Assembly (NCBI RefSeq): GCF_016806735.1
Contig: NZ_CP060530.1
Location: forward strand, 690,001 to 722,000
Direction: 5' to 3'
Length of the DNA: 32,000 nucleotides
Source: Candidatus Micrarchaeum sp.
GTDB lineage: Archaea > Micrarchaeota > Micrarchaeia > Micrarchaeales > Micrarchaeaceae
The first letter of the stretch is position 1, and each line of letters opens with the position of its first letter. The notes under the pieces are model-generated. The model ran no database searches and was not told the DNA's origin. It saw only the letters and a program-made list of their open reading frames with translations. Below, piece after piece: positions 1 through 9,284 of this stretch. The position numbers and the translations under genes were made by a program.

Positions 1-501
1 GATGCACTTCTGCAATTCTTGAAAACAGAGCTTAACGGCAAAAGCGCGATGGTTTTTGCCCAATACAGGTCCACCATACGCAGCATTGTGAAAAGGCTGA
101 TTGACAACGGAGTCCGCGCGCAGGGTTTCGTGGGAAAAAAAGAGGGCATCAAGCAGTCCGAGCAGGAGGGCGTCATAAGCAGGTTCAGGAACGGGGAATT
201 CAATGTCCTTGTGGCTACTTCTGTTGGCGAGGAGGGATTGGACATACCTGCCGTTGACTATGTGGTTTTCTACGAGCCCATACCTAGCGAGATAAGAAAC
301 ATACAAAGGAGGGGCAGGACCGGAAGATTCAGGATAGGAAAGGTAGTCATACTCGTGGCTAAGGGGACGAAGGACGAAGCGTACCTCATGATATCGCGCG
401 TGAGGGAGAAGAGGATGTTCGATACAATTATAAAGCTGAAAGAGCAGATAGAAAGCGGTAAATACAGGCCAGGGAAAAAGTCAGGGCAGGTGAAGCTTTA
501 G
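1..501 (+). CDS. Superfamily-2 helicase, C-terminal RecA-like domain (Hef/FANCM-like); 5' end is outside the window
   Basis: The frame is open from nt 1 (DALLQF precedes the track ORF at 19). Helicase motifs IV-VI are visible: VFAQYR, VLVATSVGEEGLDIP, QRRGRTGR. The ORF stops about 60 aa after motif VI, so no ERCC4 nuclease domain is fused here. Confidence 0.8.
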   Translation, partial: DALLQFLKTELNGKSAMVFAQYRSTIRSIVKRLIDNGVRAQGFVGKKEGIKQSEQEGVISRFRNGEFNVLVATSVGEEGLDIPAVDYVVFYEPIPSEIRNIQRRGRTGRFRIGKVVILVAKGTKDEAYLMISRVREKRMFDTIIKLKEQIESGKYRPGKKSGQVKL

Positions 502-502
502 A

Positions 503-1801
503 ATGTTGAATTATGACATAGTTTTCATATTCGTTGCTGGAGTCGCATTCCTAGGGTTTATACTGAACGCGCTTTTCGACAAAATCAACATAACGAGCGT
601 ACTGCCGTTGATGCTCATAGGCCTGCTCATAGGCCCAGTGTTCCACTTTGTGAATACGGGGGCTGGCAGCACGATAGCGGATTTGACCCCTTACGTTACA
701 GCGCTCGCGGTATCTTTCATACTTTTTGATGTTGGTATAAACATAAGGATAAGCAAGCTGAAGACAGTATTCAAAAAGGCAACCAGCTTCACTTTCGAGC
801 TTGCTACTGCTACAGGTATCGTAGTAGGAATAGTCACGTTTCTTGCATTCCATTATACATTAGGGTGGACAATCGCCGAATCGTTCATATTCAGCTTCGC
901 GCTTTCGGGACCAAGCAGCATAATAGTCCCTACTCTAGTCAAGGTAATAAAGGTAGGTGATGACCTCAAGACAACCCTTGTTTACGAGAGCGTAGCTTCG
1001 GACACACTTGAGCTGATAATACCTATATTGCTTTTAGACATAATAGCAAGCGCAGGGATAACCGGAATTGCCATAGTCGGATTGGTACTGAGCGCAGTCG
1101 TAGGTTCGATAATATTCGGCCTTGTTTCTGCGGTCTTTTGGCTTTTCATACTTAACAGATTCAAAGCTTACAGTGAAAGCTATTCATGGATGCTAACGAT
1201 AGCCATGGTCATAGCGACGTATGGGATATCCGAGCTCATAGGATTCAACGGCGCAATAACCATATTCGTATTCGGAATACTTTTCAGCAACATAGGCTCG
1301 GTAAAGCCAAGCACAGATCCGGTGCATGAGCCGAATTTCGTGGAAAAATTCCTTGCAGTGCCGTACAGCATAGACCACATAAAGGATTACCAGAAGGAGA
1401 TTGTTTTCTTCACGAGCACCTTCTTTTTCGTCTATATAGGGATGCTCTTCACATTCAGCGGCGTATACATTGACTCGTTGGTGTTTGCAGTCATGATAAC
1501 GTTCGTGATAATGCTGGTCAGGTTTATGGGTTCAGGATTGCTTAAGAAATTCCTTTCGAACGACCAGAAGGAAGCGGTAAAACAAAGAAATTTCATATCC
1601 TACAATGTGGCGAGGGGACTTTCCCCGGCAATAGTAGCCACGCTGCCGCTGACATACGGAGTAGTCATACCTGGTTTCCTGGATTCGATATTCTTGGTCA
1701 TACTCATAACCAACATCGCCTCGACTGCAGGCATATTCATGGCTTACAGGCACAAGCCAGTCGAAGTAATGAAAGCAGGCCAGGCTCCAAGCCCGGTTTG
1801 A
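503..1801 (+). CDS. Cation:proton antiporter (Na+/H+ exchanger family) integral membrane protein
   Basis: A 432-aa protein that is hydrophobic almost throughout, with roughly 11-12 predicted TM segments. Its layout is typical of CPA-type exchangers. The ATG lies 1 nt after the upstream stop. The function is inferred from architecture only. Confidence 0.6.
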   Translation: MLNYDIVFIFVAGVAFLGFILNALFDKINITSVLPLMLIGLLIGPVFHFVNTGAGSTIADLTPYVTALAVSFILFDVGINIRISKLKTVFKKATSFTFELATATGIVVGIVTFLAFHYTLGWTIAESFIFSFALSGPSSIIVPTLVKVIKVGDDLKTTLVYESVASDTLELIIPILLLDIIASAGITGIAIVGLVLSAVVGSIIFGLVSAVFWLFILNRFKAYSESYSWMLTIAMVIATYGISELIGFNGAITIFVFGILFSNIGSVKPSTDPVHEPNFVEKFLAVPYSIDHIKDYQKEIVFFTSTFFFVYIGMLFTFSGVYIDSLVFAVMITFVIMLVRFMGSGLLKKFLSNDQKEAVKQRNFISYNVARGLSPAIVATLPLTYGVVIPGFLDSIFLVILITNIASTAGIFMAYRHKPVEVMKAGQAPSPV

Positions 1802-1860
1802 TGCGTAGCGATCCCGGAAAGTATTATATACCGAATCTGAGAATACATACCGGTGTATCG

Positions 1861-2259
1861 GTGCACAGGTATATAAAGGGGGCAAGGAGCGAACGCGAGC
1901 TTATAAACACGCTTTATGAAAAGGAATACTCTGTTATGAGGAGCGCCGGGAGCGGCGTAAATTCCCTGAGCCCGGACATAATAGCGTTTAAATCGGGAAA
2001 GGGCTTCGCATTCGAATGCAAGGCTTGGAACAAGGACAGGCTGGCAATAGAGCCGGACAAGTTCGAAGTATTGAAGAAATGGGAAAGCAACACGGGCATG
2101 GATACGATGATAGCATGGCGCATGAACGGCAAGGGCTGGTTTTTCATAAAGCTGGACGAGATGAAAAAGACCCCAAAGAGCTATTCCGTGACAAAGAAGT
2201 CTGCCCTGGAAATAAACAGGCGCATAGGCTTCATGCCAGGGCTTGATGACATGCAGTAA
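1861..2259 (+). CDS. hjc: Holliday junction resolvase Hjc
   Basis: Contains KGARSERELINTLYEKEYSVMRSAGSG...PDIIAFKSGKGFAFECKAW, the archaeal Hjc nuclease core (E...D...ExK). The track ORF starts at 1798. I prefer the in-frame GTG at 1861 because a GGTG lies 6 nt upstream, a TATA-like gtattatatac lies about 30 nt upstream, and it gives a typical 132-aa size. The start is uncertain. Confidence 0.8.
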   Translation: MHRYIKGARSERELINTLYEKEYSVMRSAGSGVNSLSPDIIAFKSGKGFAFECKAWNKDRLAIEPDKFEVLKKWESNTGMDTMIAWRMNGKGWFFIKLDEMKKTPKSYSVTKKSALEINRRIGFMPGLDDMQ

Positions 2260-2499
2260 AGACTTATATATCTATCATTGCTTAATGTTAAAACTGTAAA
2301 CATATAACACTACGAACTGGGTAATCGTACTGCTATAGGTGTTGAAATGTGGCATCATATTACAAGTGATTCTTATAATTCTGCCGTCTATATAAATAGC
2401 GGCGGCAGTATTTCACTGGCTTTAGCCGAAACCGGGTTAGAGCGTGCCGCGTACTACCACCAATAGCCTTGCGAATCCTAATTTAGTAGGGTGGTAAAT

Positions 2500-3918
2500 A
2501 TGGCAAAGACGTACATAGATATAGTAAAATACATGATAGAAGCCAGATTTGAAATATCCGGCTCGGTTGAAAAACCAGATATAATAGGTGCAATATTCGG
2601 CCAGACCGAAGGCCTTCTTGGACCTGATCTGGACCTTAGGGAATTGCAGAAAAACGGCAAGATAGGCCGCATAGAGATCGAAAGCGGATCCACCAACAAC
2701 AAGACGTACGGAAAGCTGATGCTGCCAAGCTCTTTAGGCAAGGTAGAAACGTGCATACTTGCAGCTGCGATAGAATCCGTTGACAGGGTCGGGCCATTCG
2801 AGACAAACTTCAAGATAGACAAGATAGACGACACCAGGAACGAGAAGCGCAACAAGGTTATAAACAGGGCAAAGGAGCTCGTCAAATCGCTGCTCACCAA
2901 CGTCATACCGGACAGCAAGGAGATAAGCGAGATGGTAGAGGCCGACGTAAAGTCAAGCACAGTAACACATTACGGCACGGACAACCTTCCGGCTGGGCCA
3001 GACATAGCGAAAAGCGACAGCGTAATAATAGTAGAAGGAAGGGCCGACGTGGTCAACCTGCTGAAAAGCGACATAACGAACTGCATTGCGGTTGGCGGGG
3101 CAACGGGCACCATACCAAAAACGATAACCGATCTTTGCGCACAGAAGGAGGTCACCCTTTTCGTTGACGGAGACAGGGGAGGGGACATAATATTCAAGGG
3201 AATATCGAATGTTGCAGACGTAGATTACGTAGCAAAGGCCCCAGACGGCAAGGAAGTGGAAGAGCTCACGCGAAAGGAGATAATAAAGGCGCTTAGGTCA
3301 AGGATACCATTCGAGCAGACTTCAGTGGGGAGGCAGCATGCGAAGGATGAGCAGCAGAACCAGCAGCACAGCAATGGAAACGGCCAAAGGCCACAACAGA
3401 GGCAGCAGCCGCAGAGGAACCAGGACAGCTATAAGGGCGAAGAAAGGCAGCAGAGGCGTAGCTACGAACCACGTGACGCACAGCAGGAAAGAAAGATATT
3501 GAGCCCAAGCGAGATAGCAACAAACCTCTCGGAAAGGCACCAGAACAGCACAAGAGAAGAAGGCGTAGTGGAAGAGGTCGAAGAAAGCAAGGATAGCATA
3601 GGAAGCATAGAATTCGACAACCATGCGAATGCCCCGGAGCCCTCTAAAAAATACATAGACGCGCTTGCGGAACTTAAGAATACACTCCGTGGCAGGCTAT
3701 ACGATGCGGATGGAAAGATGGTCAACGAGATACCGATAAGGGACCTGATACAGACAGTCCAGAGCACCGACGGCACGAATGCGATAGTATTCGACGGGAT
3801 AATAACACAGAGGCTCATAGAGCTGGCTTATGGGAAAGGAGTCAAGGAGATATATGGAATAAGGTCAAGCCAGATAACCAAGAAATATGGGGACCTGCTG
3901 CTTTACACCAAGGAGTGA
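2500..3918 (+). CDS. dnaG: Archaeal DnaG-type primase (TOPRIM) with an internal Q/R-rich low-complexity insert
   Basis: The N-terminus KTYIDIVKYMIEARFEISGSVEKPDIIGAIFGQTEGLLG is the conserved archaeal DnaG N-domain. TOPRIM motifs IIVEGRADVVNL and LFVDGDRGGD are present. ATG 2500 is preceded by GGGTGG with a 5-nt spacer. The track start at 2491 is an in-frame GTG. Confidence 0.85.
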   Translation: MAKTYIDIVKYMIEARFEISGSVEKPDIIGAIFGQTEGLLGPDLDLRELQKNGKIGRIEIESGSTNNKTYGKLMLPSSLGKVETCILAAAIESVDRVGPFETNFKIDKIDDTRNEKRNKVINRAKELVKSLLTNVIPDSKEISEMVEADVKSSTVTHYGTDNLPAGPDIAKSDSVIIVEGRADVVNLLKSDITNCIAVGGATGTIPKTITDLCAQKEVTLFVDGDRGGDIIFKGISNVADVDYVAKAPDGKEVEELTRKEIIKALRSRIPFEQTSVGRQHAKDEQQNQQHSNGNGQRPQQRQQPQRNQDSYKGEERQQRRSYEPRDAQQERKILSPSEIATNLSERHQNSTREEGVVEEVEESKDSIGSIEFDNHANAPEPSKKYIDALAELKNTLRGRLYDADGKMVNEIPIRDLIQTVQSTDGTNAIVFDGIITQRLIELAYGKGVKEIYGIRSSQITKKYGDLLLYTKE

Positions 3919-3925
3919 AAATACT

Positions 3926-3950
3926 CCTTTCTTTTTTCCTTTTTTGTCTT
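3926..3950 (+). terminator. Oligo-T tract downstream of dnaG (archaeal-type terminator)
   Basis: ccTTTcTTTTTTccTTTTTTgtcTT lies immediately after the dnaG stop. Archaeal termination is known to use T-runs. Confidence 0.45.
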
Positions 3951-4001
3951 TGAGATCAGCGTAGCGCAGGTAAGGCAAATCTAGTTAAGCTATAAATATT
4001 T

Positions 4002-4025
4002 AACTATTTTAAATTTAAAATAGTT
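4002..4025. promoter_or_regulatory. Perfect 24-nt palindrome (putative PadR operator) between the TATA box and the PadR gene start
   Basis: aactattttaaatttaaaatagtt equals its own reverse complement. It directly follows a TATA-like ctataaatattt (3990-4001) and lies about 50 nt upstream of the PadR ATG. Confidence 0.55.
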
Positions 4026-4077
4026 TAGATTTAAACCATTTTTAAACTGGCAGTTTTTGCAAAAATTGAGTGAAGGC

Positions 4078-4434
4078 ATGGACAAAAAGGAGTTCAGCAC
4101 CAAGTACATGAGCAAGGAAATGCGCAGGATGATATTCAAGCTCATGCTACTGAGCGAGATAAAGGAGAAGAAAAGATATCCCTACGAGCTGATAGAGCTA
4201 ATGGCAACTCAGAAGGCCGCGTTCATAGGATCCAAGAAGGACGAGATAAAGAACGACATTTACAATATAATAAGGGGCCTTGAAAAATCGGGCTACGTGA
4301 AGATTGTCTCGAGCAACGGTAGAAAGCAGGACAAAAAATACTACAAAATTACCCCCCAGGGGAGGGCGGCTCTTCTTAAGTCAAAGAAGCTGATGCTGAG
4401 CTACATGAAGGAGCTCGTGAGGCTTGTAAAGTAG
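4078..4434 (+). CDS. PadR-family winged-helix transcriptional regulator
   Basis: A small (118 aa from ATG 4078) protein with KKRYPYELIELM...IYNIIRGLEKSGYVKIV...KKYYKITPQGRAAL, the typical PadR wHTH signature. The track start at 4057 is a TTG. Confidence 0.7.
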   Translation: MDKKEFSTKYMSKEMRRMIFKLMLLSEIKEKKRYPYELIELMATQKAAFIGSKKDEIKNDIYNIIRGLEKSGYVKIVSSNGRKQDKKYYKITPQGRAALLKSKKLMLSYMKELVRLVK

Positions 4435-4442
4435 GTGTATTG

Positions 4443-5435
4443 ATGGCGGGAGAAGTCATAGAGATAAAGAACCTTGTCAAGAGGTTTGGGGATTTCACTG
4501 CAGTAAACGGCATAAGCCTCGGCATAAAGGAAAATGAGATATTTGGAATCCTTGGCCCAAACGGCGCAGGTAAGACTACCACGATAAACATGCTGCTAGG
4601 GCTCATAATTCCGACAGAAGGCACGATAATCGTAGACGGATACAACATAAGAAAGAACCCGGAGATTATAAAGGAGAAGATGGGCTTGATGACCCAGGAA
4701 ACGGTGGTCGACGGAGACTTGACAGCCCAGCAGAACCTTGAGATATTTGCAGAGCTTTATGGAATGAAAGGGAAGGACAAGGAAGAAGCCATAAATTACG
4801 CGCTTGAAGAGGCAGACCTGGTAAATTTCAGGAATGCAAAGGCCGGATCTTTCTCTGGAGGAATGCAGAGGAGGCTTAACCTGGTAAAATCCATGCTGCA
4901 TAGCCCCAAGATACTTGTTTTGGACGAGCCGACAACAGGTCTTGACGTGCAGAACAGGGTAAGCATGTGGGACAGGATAAGGAAGCTCAACAAGAGCGGC
5001 GTCACGATAATACTTACTACCCAGTATTTGGAAGAGGCCGACTCGCTGTGCAATAGGATTGCAATAATAGACCACGGACAGCTCAAGGCGATAGGAACAC
5101 CCGGAGAGCTCAAAAAGATGGTTAGCGAGGGCAACATAATAGACATATCATTAAGGTTTGAAGACATAGAAAAGGCGCAGAAGGCGTTAAAGCAGAAGTT
5201 GAAGATGGATTGCAAAGTAGTGGCGGATAGGATAAGCATAAATGCAGGGAAGGAGGACGTCAAAACTCTGAGCTCCATAATATCTGTTCTTGAAAAAGAG
5301 AAGATACCTATAATTGCTGCCTCGATGCACCTGCCAACGTTGGATGACGTGTTCATAAGCCTAACTGGAGGAACGATAAGAGACGAGCTTGGAGAGCAGA
5401 AATCAAACGCATCCAAGATAATGTGGAGGAGATGA
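4443..5435 (+). CDS. ABC transporter ATP-binding protein (ABC-2/DrrA-like exporter type)
   Basis: Walker A GPNGAGKTT, signature FSGGMQRR, Walker B ILVLDEPTTGLD and H-loop TTQYLEEA. An AGGTG lies just upstream of ATG 4443. Confidence 0.9.
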   Translation: MAGEVIEIKNLVKRFGDFTAVNGISLGIKENEIFGILGPNGAGKTTTINMLLGLIIPTEGTIIVDGYNIRKNPEIIKEKMGLMTQETVVDGDLTAQQNLEIFAELYGMKGKDKEEAINYALEEADLVNFRNAKAGSFSGGMQRRLNLVKSMLHSPKILVLDEPTTGLDVQNRVSMWDRIRKLNKSGVTIILTTQYLEEADSLCNRIAIIDHGQLKAIGTPGELKKMVSEGNIIDISLRFEDIEKAQKALKQKLKMDCKVVADRISINAGKEDVKTLSSIISVLEKEKIPIIAASMHLPTLDDVFISLTGGTIRDELGEQKSNASKIMWRR

Positions 5436-5437
5436 AA

Positions 5438-6592
5438 ATGTCGAACATAGTCATTTCTACCCTGCAGAAAGCTTACATACTGTACAAAAGGGACATGCTC
5501 ATATTCAAGAGCAACATAAGGGCGAACATAGTCAGGACAATCCTCTTCCCGCTAATAATACTGATATTCTTCAGCAACATAGGGGCGGTTGCCCACAACG
5601 TGCCCGTAGGAGTTGTGAATACCGCGAACAACGCCAATTCTTACAAATTTGTTCAGGCACTCTATGCAACTTCTTCGGACGGCCTGTTCAAGGTTGTTAG
5701 CATACCTTCGATAAGCCAGGGAATGTCGGAAGTTGACTCCGGACAGGTTTCGCTTCTATTGATAATAAACCCAACTGTAGGCTCCAAATCCTCAAGCACA
5801 GGAATACTGGCTTACTACAGCAGCCCAGATGCCTCCACGGTAGAAGGCATATTGCCCACCATAAGCAGCGTCGCTTCGGAATTCTATTCAGGCATAGGAT
5901 CCAGGGGCATAGTGCCGCTAAACGCACAACCGCAGGCCCCCGACACCGAGTTTGCACCGACGCTAACTTCAGGGCTTTCAACAAACTACGAGGACTTTTT
6001 GGTTGGAGGCGTAATAGCGCTTGTTGCAGTATTCGGCACCCTTTTCGGAGGAGGCTTCACGCTCATAACGGACAAGCAGCTAGGAAACCTCAAGGCGCTT
6101 TTAATAACGCCTTTGAACAGGTCCTCGGTGATGCTTGGAAAAACCATTTACACCCTAACGTTATCAGTAATAAGCACGCTGCTCGTCATAGTCATATCCC
6201 TGTTCTTCGGGACCACGATACTGATGGGATTTGTAGGCGTAGTATGGATATTCATACTCGTCCTAATGCTCACGCTCGGATTTACCGGCATATCGCTGAT
6301 AATGGCTTCCAGGGTCAAGAAGCCAGAAATTTATGCGATATTCACCCAGACAATAGCGCTTCCGCTATGGTTCCTCAGCGGCGCGTTCTTCCCGGCAGCG
6401 TCAATGCCAACTTGGATGAGGGTAATATCCACAGTGAATCCAATGACGTATGCGGTTGACGGCATAAGAGATGTAATGATAACCGGCTCGTATCCGCTCA
6501 GCACGGCTCTGCCACAGATAGGCATACTGGCGCTGTTCGCGGTCATAATGCTAGGTTTGGCGATTAAACTGTTCAAGGTGCAAATAGCATGA
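5438..6592 (+). CDS. ABC-2 type transporter permease
   Basis: One N-terminal TM, a large extracytoplasmic loop, then about 5 C-terminal TMs, which is the classic ABC-2 permease layout. GGAGGAG lies 6 nt upstream of ATG 5438, which starts 3 nt after the ATPase stop. Alternative starts are at 5423 and 5432. Confidence 0.8.
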   Translation: MSNIVISTLQKAYILYKRDMLIFKSNIRANIVRTILFPLIILIFFSNIGAVAHNVPVGVVNTANNANSYKFVQALYATSSDGLFKVVSIPSISQGMSEVDSGQVSLLLIINPTVGSKSSSTGILAYYSSPDASTVEGILPTISSVASEFYSGIGSRGIVPLNAQPQAPDTEFAPTLTSGLSTNYEDFLVGGVIALVAVFGTLFGGGFTLITDKQLGNLKALLITPLNRSSVMLGKTIYTLTLSVISTLLVIVISLFFGTTILMGFVGVVWIFILVLMLTLGFTGISLIMASRVKKPEIYAIFTQTIALPLWFLSGAFFPAASMPTWMRVISTVNPMTYAVDGIRDVMITGSYPLSTALPQIGILALFAVIMLGLAIKLFKVQIA

Positions 6593-8247
6593 GAGGTAAA
6601 AAGATGTATTTGAGTTCGAAGGCTGGAGTCGCGGCAATTGTTTTGCTGCTTGCAATGTTCTACGTTGGTATGGCTTCGGCACAGGTTTCTGGGCAGTCCG
6701 GCAGCATATCAAGCACGCCGCTGTCGCTGACCAACCTGTACGTTTCGCCTACGCCGGTAGTGGCTGGAGACACTGTGAACGTTACGTTCCAGCTATTCAA
6801 TTCGTATTCACAGCCGCTGCAGGATGTAAATATACAGCTCGTATCGCAGGACCAGATAATAAATGTTTCCCCGGCGTACAGCTCCATAGAGAGCAGCATC
6901 GGCACTGGACTCGTAGGAGCCATAGGGTTCGACGAATTCAGCTACACGCTGCACATACCTTCAACGCTCCAGCAGGGAGATTACCCGATATACATAATAG
7001 CCACATATAGGACTTCGGTAACATCAGCAACAGGGCAGAGCGTAAGCACGCCCATGGAATCAGAAATACCGATATACCTGTATGTATACGGAAAGCCTGC
7101 TGTCAAGGCCACCGCTGTGCCTACAACACAGATAAGCCCTGGAGAGCCGTTCAGCCTTGGCATAAGCGTTCTAGATACCGGCACAGGCCCGATGACAAAC
7201 GCAACGCTGACGCTCAGGAACTCGAGCAGCTTCAGCATAATAGGCACACCTACGTTCAATCTGGGCGCGCTCAACGAAGATTCGGCAGTACAGGTGAGCG
7301 AACCAATGATTGCATCGCAGAACATAACACAGGGTACGCATTACCTCAATGGAACAGTGACATATGAAAACGGCCTTGGCAAAATGCTCACTTCAAACGT
7401 GTCGATGCCAGTGAGCGTAGTCATAAACTCACCAAAGATAATCGTAAGCCTGGCAGGATCAGAGCCTTCTTCATTATATGCAGGAGCGAACCAAAGCGTT
7501 GAGCTCCTCGTACAGAATATAGGCACTGGAACTGCAAGAAATATAAGTGCAGAGTTCACGAACGGGCCATCCATAAGCGTGAGCAGCAGCGTCAACAGAT
7601 TTTTCATAAACAGCCTTCCAGGAGGAGGCTCGGCTACAGAACAGATATATGTCAACACCTACGGACAGAATATAACGAACACTTCGATAGGAGCCCATTT
7701 GAGCTATGAGAACGCAAACTACAACAAAACGTATACATCGAACCAGCAGCTCAAGCTGAACGTCGAAGGCTCGGCGCTATACAGCGTGGTCGGAAGCAAG
7801 GCAAGCCTGAGCATCGGCTCTACATATGTCCCGGTAACTTTCCAGATAAAGAATACGGGCAACGAGCCTGCAAATTCGGTGCTTCTGACAATGGAGAGCG
7901 TATATCCGGTAAGCATGGTCTCGTCTACGTACTACATAAACGGCATAGCCCCGAACCAAACAGTTAACGCTACGTTCTACGTGAGCGTAGACAGCTCGGG
8001 ACAGGCAGGAGACTACCCGATAACGCTTTACGAGCAGTGGAAACAGCCCAATAGCCCACAGAGCCTAGAATTCTCAGGCTCAACGCAGTACTTCGTGGCC
8101 GTTGGCACAACCACCAGCAACGCTTACGGGTACGTTGAAGATGCAATAGGCATCATAGTCTTGCTTCTGATAATAGCATTCATAGTGCGCAGGGCAAGGA
8201 AAAACAGAAGCAAAAGCAAGGATGAAAAGCCGAAGAGAAAGGCATAA
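6589..8247 (+). CDS. Secreted, C-terminally anchored surface (S-layer/CARDB-like) glycoprotein
   Basis: Signal peptide KAGVAAIVLLLAMFYVGMASAQ. The long Ser/Thr/Asn-rich beta-type body carries many N-x-S/T sequons (NVT, NVS, NAT, NSS, NIT, NGT, NQS, NIS, NTS, NKT, NQT). It ends in a C-terminal TM (IGIIVLLLIIAFIV) and a basic tail (RRARKNRSKSK). The ATG overlaps the permease stop (ATGA). Confidence 0.7.
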   Translation: MRGKKMYLSSKAGVAAIVLLLAMFYVGMASAQVSGQSGSISSTPLSLTNLYVSPTPVVAGDTVNVTFQLFNSYSQPLQDVNIQLVSQDQIINVSPAYSSIESSIGTGLVGAIGFDEFSYTLHIPSTLQQGDYPIYIIATYRTSVTSATGQSVSTPMESEIPIYLYVYGKPAVKATAVPTTQISPGEPFSLGISVLDTGTGPMTNATLTLRNSSSFSIIGTPTFNLGALNEDSAVQVSEPMIASQNITQGTHYLNGTVTYENGLGKMLTSNVSMPVSVVINSPKIIVSLAGSEPSSLYAGANQSVELLVQNIGTGTARNISAEFTNGPSISVSSSVNRFFINSLPGGGSATEQIYVNTYGQNITNTSIGAHLSYENANYNKTYTSNQQLKLNVEGSALYSVVGSKASLSIGSTYVPVTFQIKNTGNEPANSVLLTMESVYPVSMVSSTYYINGIAPNQTVNATFYVSVDSSGQAGDYPITLYEQWKQPNSPQSLEFSGSTQYFVAVGTTTSNAYGYVEDAIGIIVLLLIIAFIVRRARKNRSKSKDEKPKRKA

Positions 8248-8306
8248 ATTTATAACCGGATTATAAATATCGGGTTAGCCCCGGTATTTAATCCACGGTG
8301 AGAATT

Positions 8307-9203
8307 ATGGCTACGGGAAACATATTGGTAGACAAGATTATGAAGAAATACGGGGTTCCCGATTGGGTAAAGCCCTACGTTTACGCGTACATAAGGAGCA
8401 ATCCGTTGAACGCGGTCAGGCGTGGCATAAGCTTCATAGACGTCAAGAGAAAGAGGGGCAGGATAACCGGCAACGTCATAGAGCTGCCCAACTCCGTGCA
8501 GTTCGAAGTTTCCGATGTAACAAGGATAGTCAGCCTTTTTTATGCAGGCGAGGAAGAAAGCTCAAGGATAGCAGAATCCTGGTCTAAGGACTTGCACGAC
8601 TACGATTCCAAGAGATATGCAGAGCATTTCGCTGCCTTGAGCGAAATAGAGCAAAAGCACCTCAGGGCCATAAAGAACATGCTCGAAGGGCTTGGGAAAA
8701 AATCCGGAAGCGAAACGGCCGAAGTCAGGGCCCTGTTTGAGAAGCTTGGCTCCATAACCGACTGGAAGGAAAGGATAATATCGTACGACCTTGTCCTAAA
8801 GTCGTCTTACGGGAGCATATTTGGAAACATATTTTACAAGGTTTTCTATCCTGTCATGCCGGAATACATGCGCTCTTTCGGAAAGGCCTTCTCGTCCGAG
8901 GATACGGAGGCAGGCTGGGGCTATGAAGAGGCGAAGAGGATAATCAGGGACAAAGAGATAGATGCGCATAGGCTAGTGCAGCTTTTCAACGATCTGCTGC
9001 CGCTCGTTGGCAGCGTAGTCAACGCAAATATGGATATAGCTGAAAAAGCTGGAATAAACAAGGAAGTCAGCCTTCTTAGGGATATAGCCATAGCTTATCC
9101 TGTTTACATTTCCAAGGAATGCGGAGCAGATATAGATGCGGAGAAGGAAACGGCTGCAATACTTGAAACGCTCAAAAGAAGAAACAAGCCAGCAAAGGAA
9201 TAA
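8307..9203 (+). CDS. Hypothetical helical protein (weak ferritin-like ExxH hint only)
   Basis: A long ORF with core-like codon usage. GGTG lies 7 nt upstream of ATG 8307. The only motif-like element is EIEQKH. No function can be supported. Confidence 0.6.
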   Translation: MATGNILVDKIMKKYGVPDWVKPYVYAYIRSNPLNAVRRGISFIDVKRKRGRITGNVIELPNSVQFEVSDVTRIVSLFYAGEEESSRIAESWSKDLHDYDSKRYAEHFAALSEIEQKHLRAIKNMLEGLGKKSGSETAEVRALFEKLGSITDWKERIISYDLVLKSSYGSIFGNIFYKVFYPVMPEYMRSFGKAFSSEDTEAGWGYEEAKRIIRDKEIDAHRLVQLFNDLLPLVGSVVNANMDIAEKAGINKEVSLLRDIAIAYPVYISKECGADIDAEKETAAILETLKRRNKPAKE

Positions 9204-9284
9204 ATACGTTAACCGAGAAATAGTACCAATGGCCTTGTAGGGTACGCGAGTCCCTGCAGCATTATGCGCAACAAAGTGATATAC

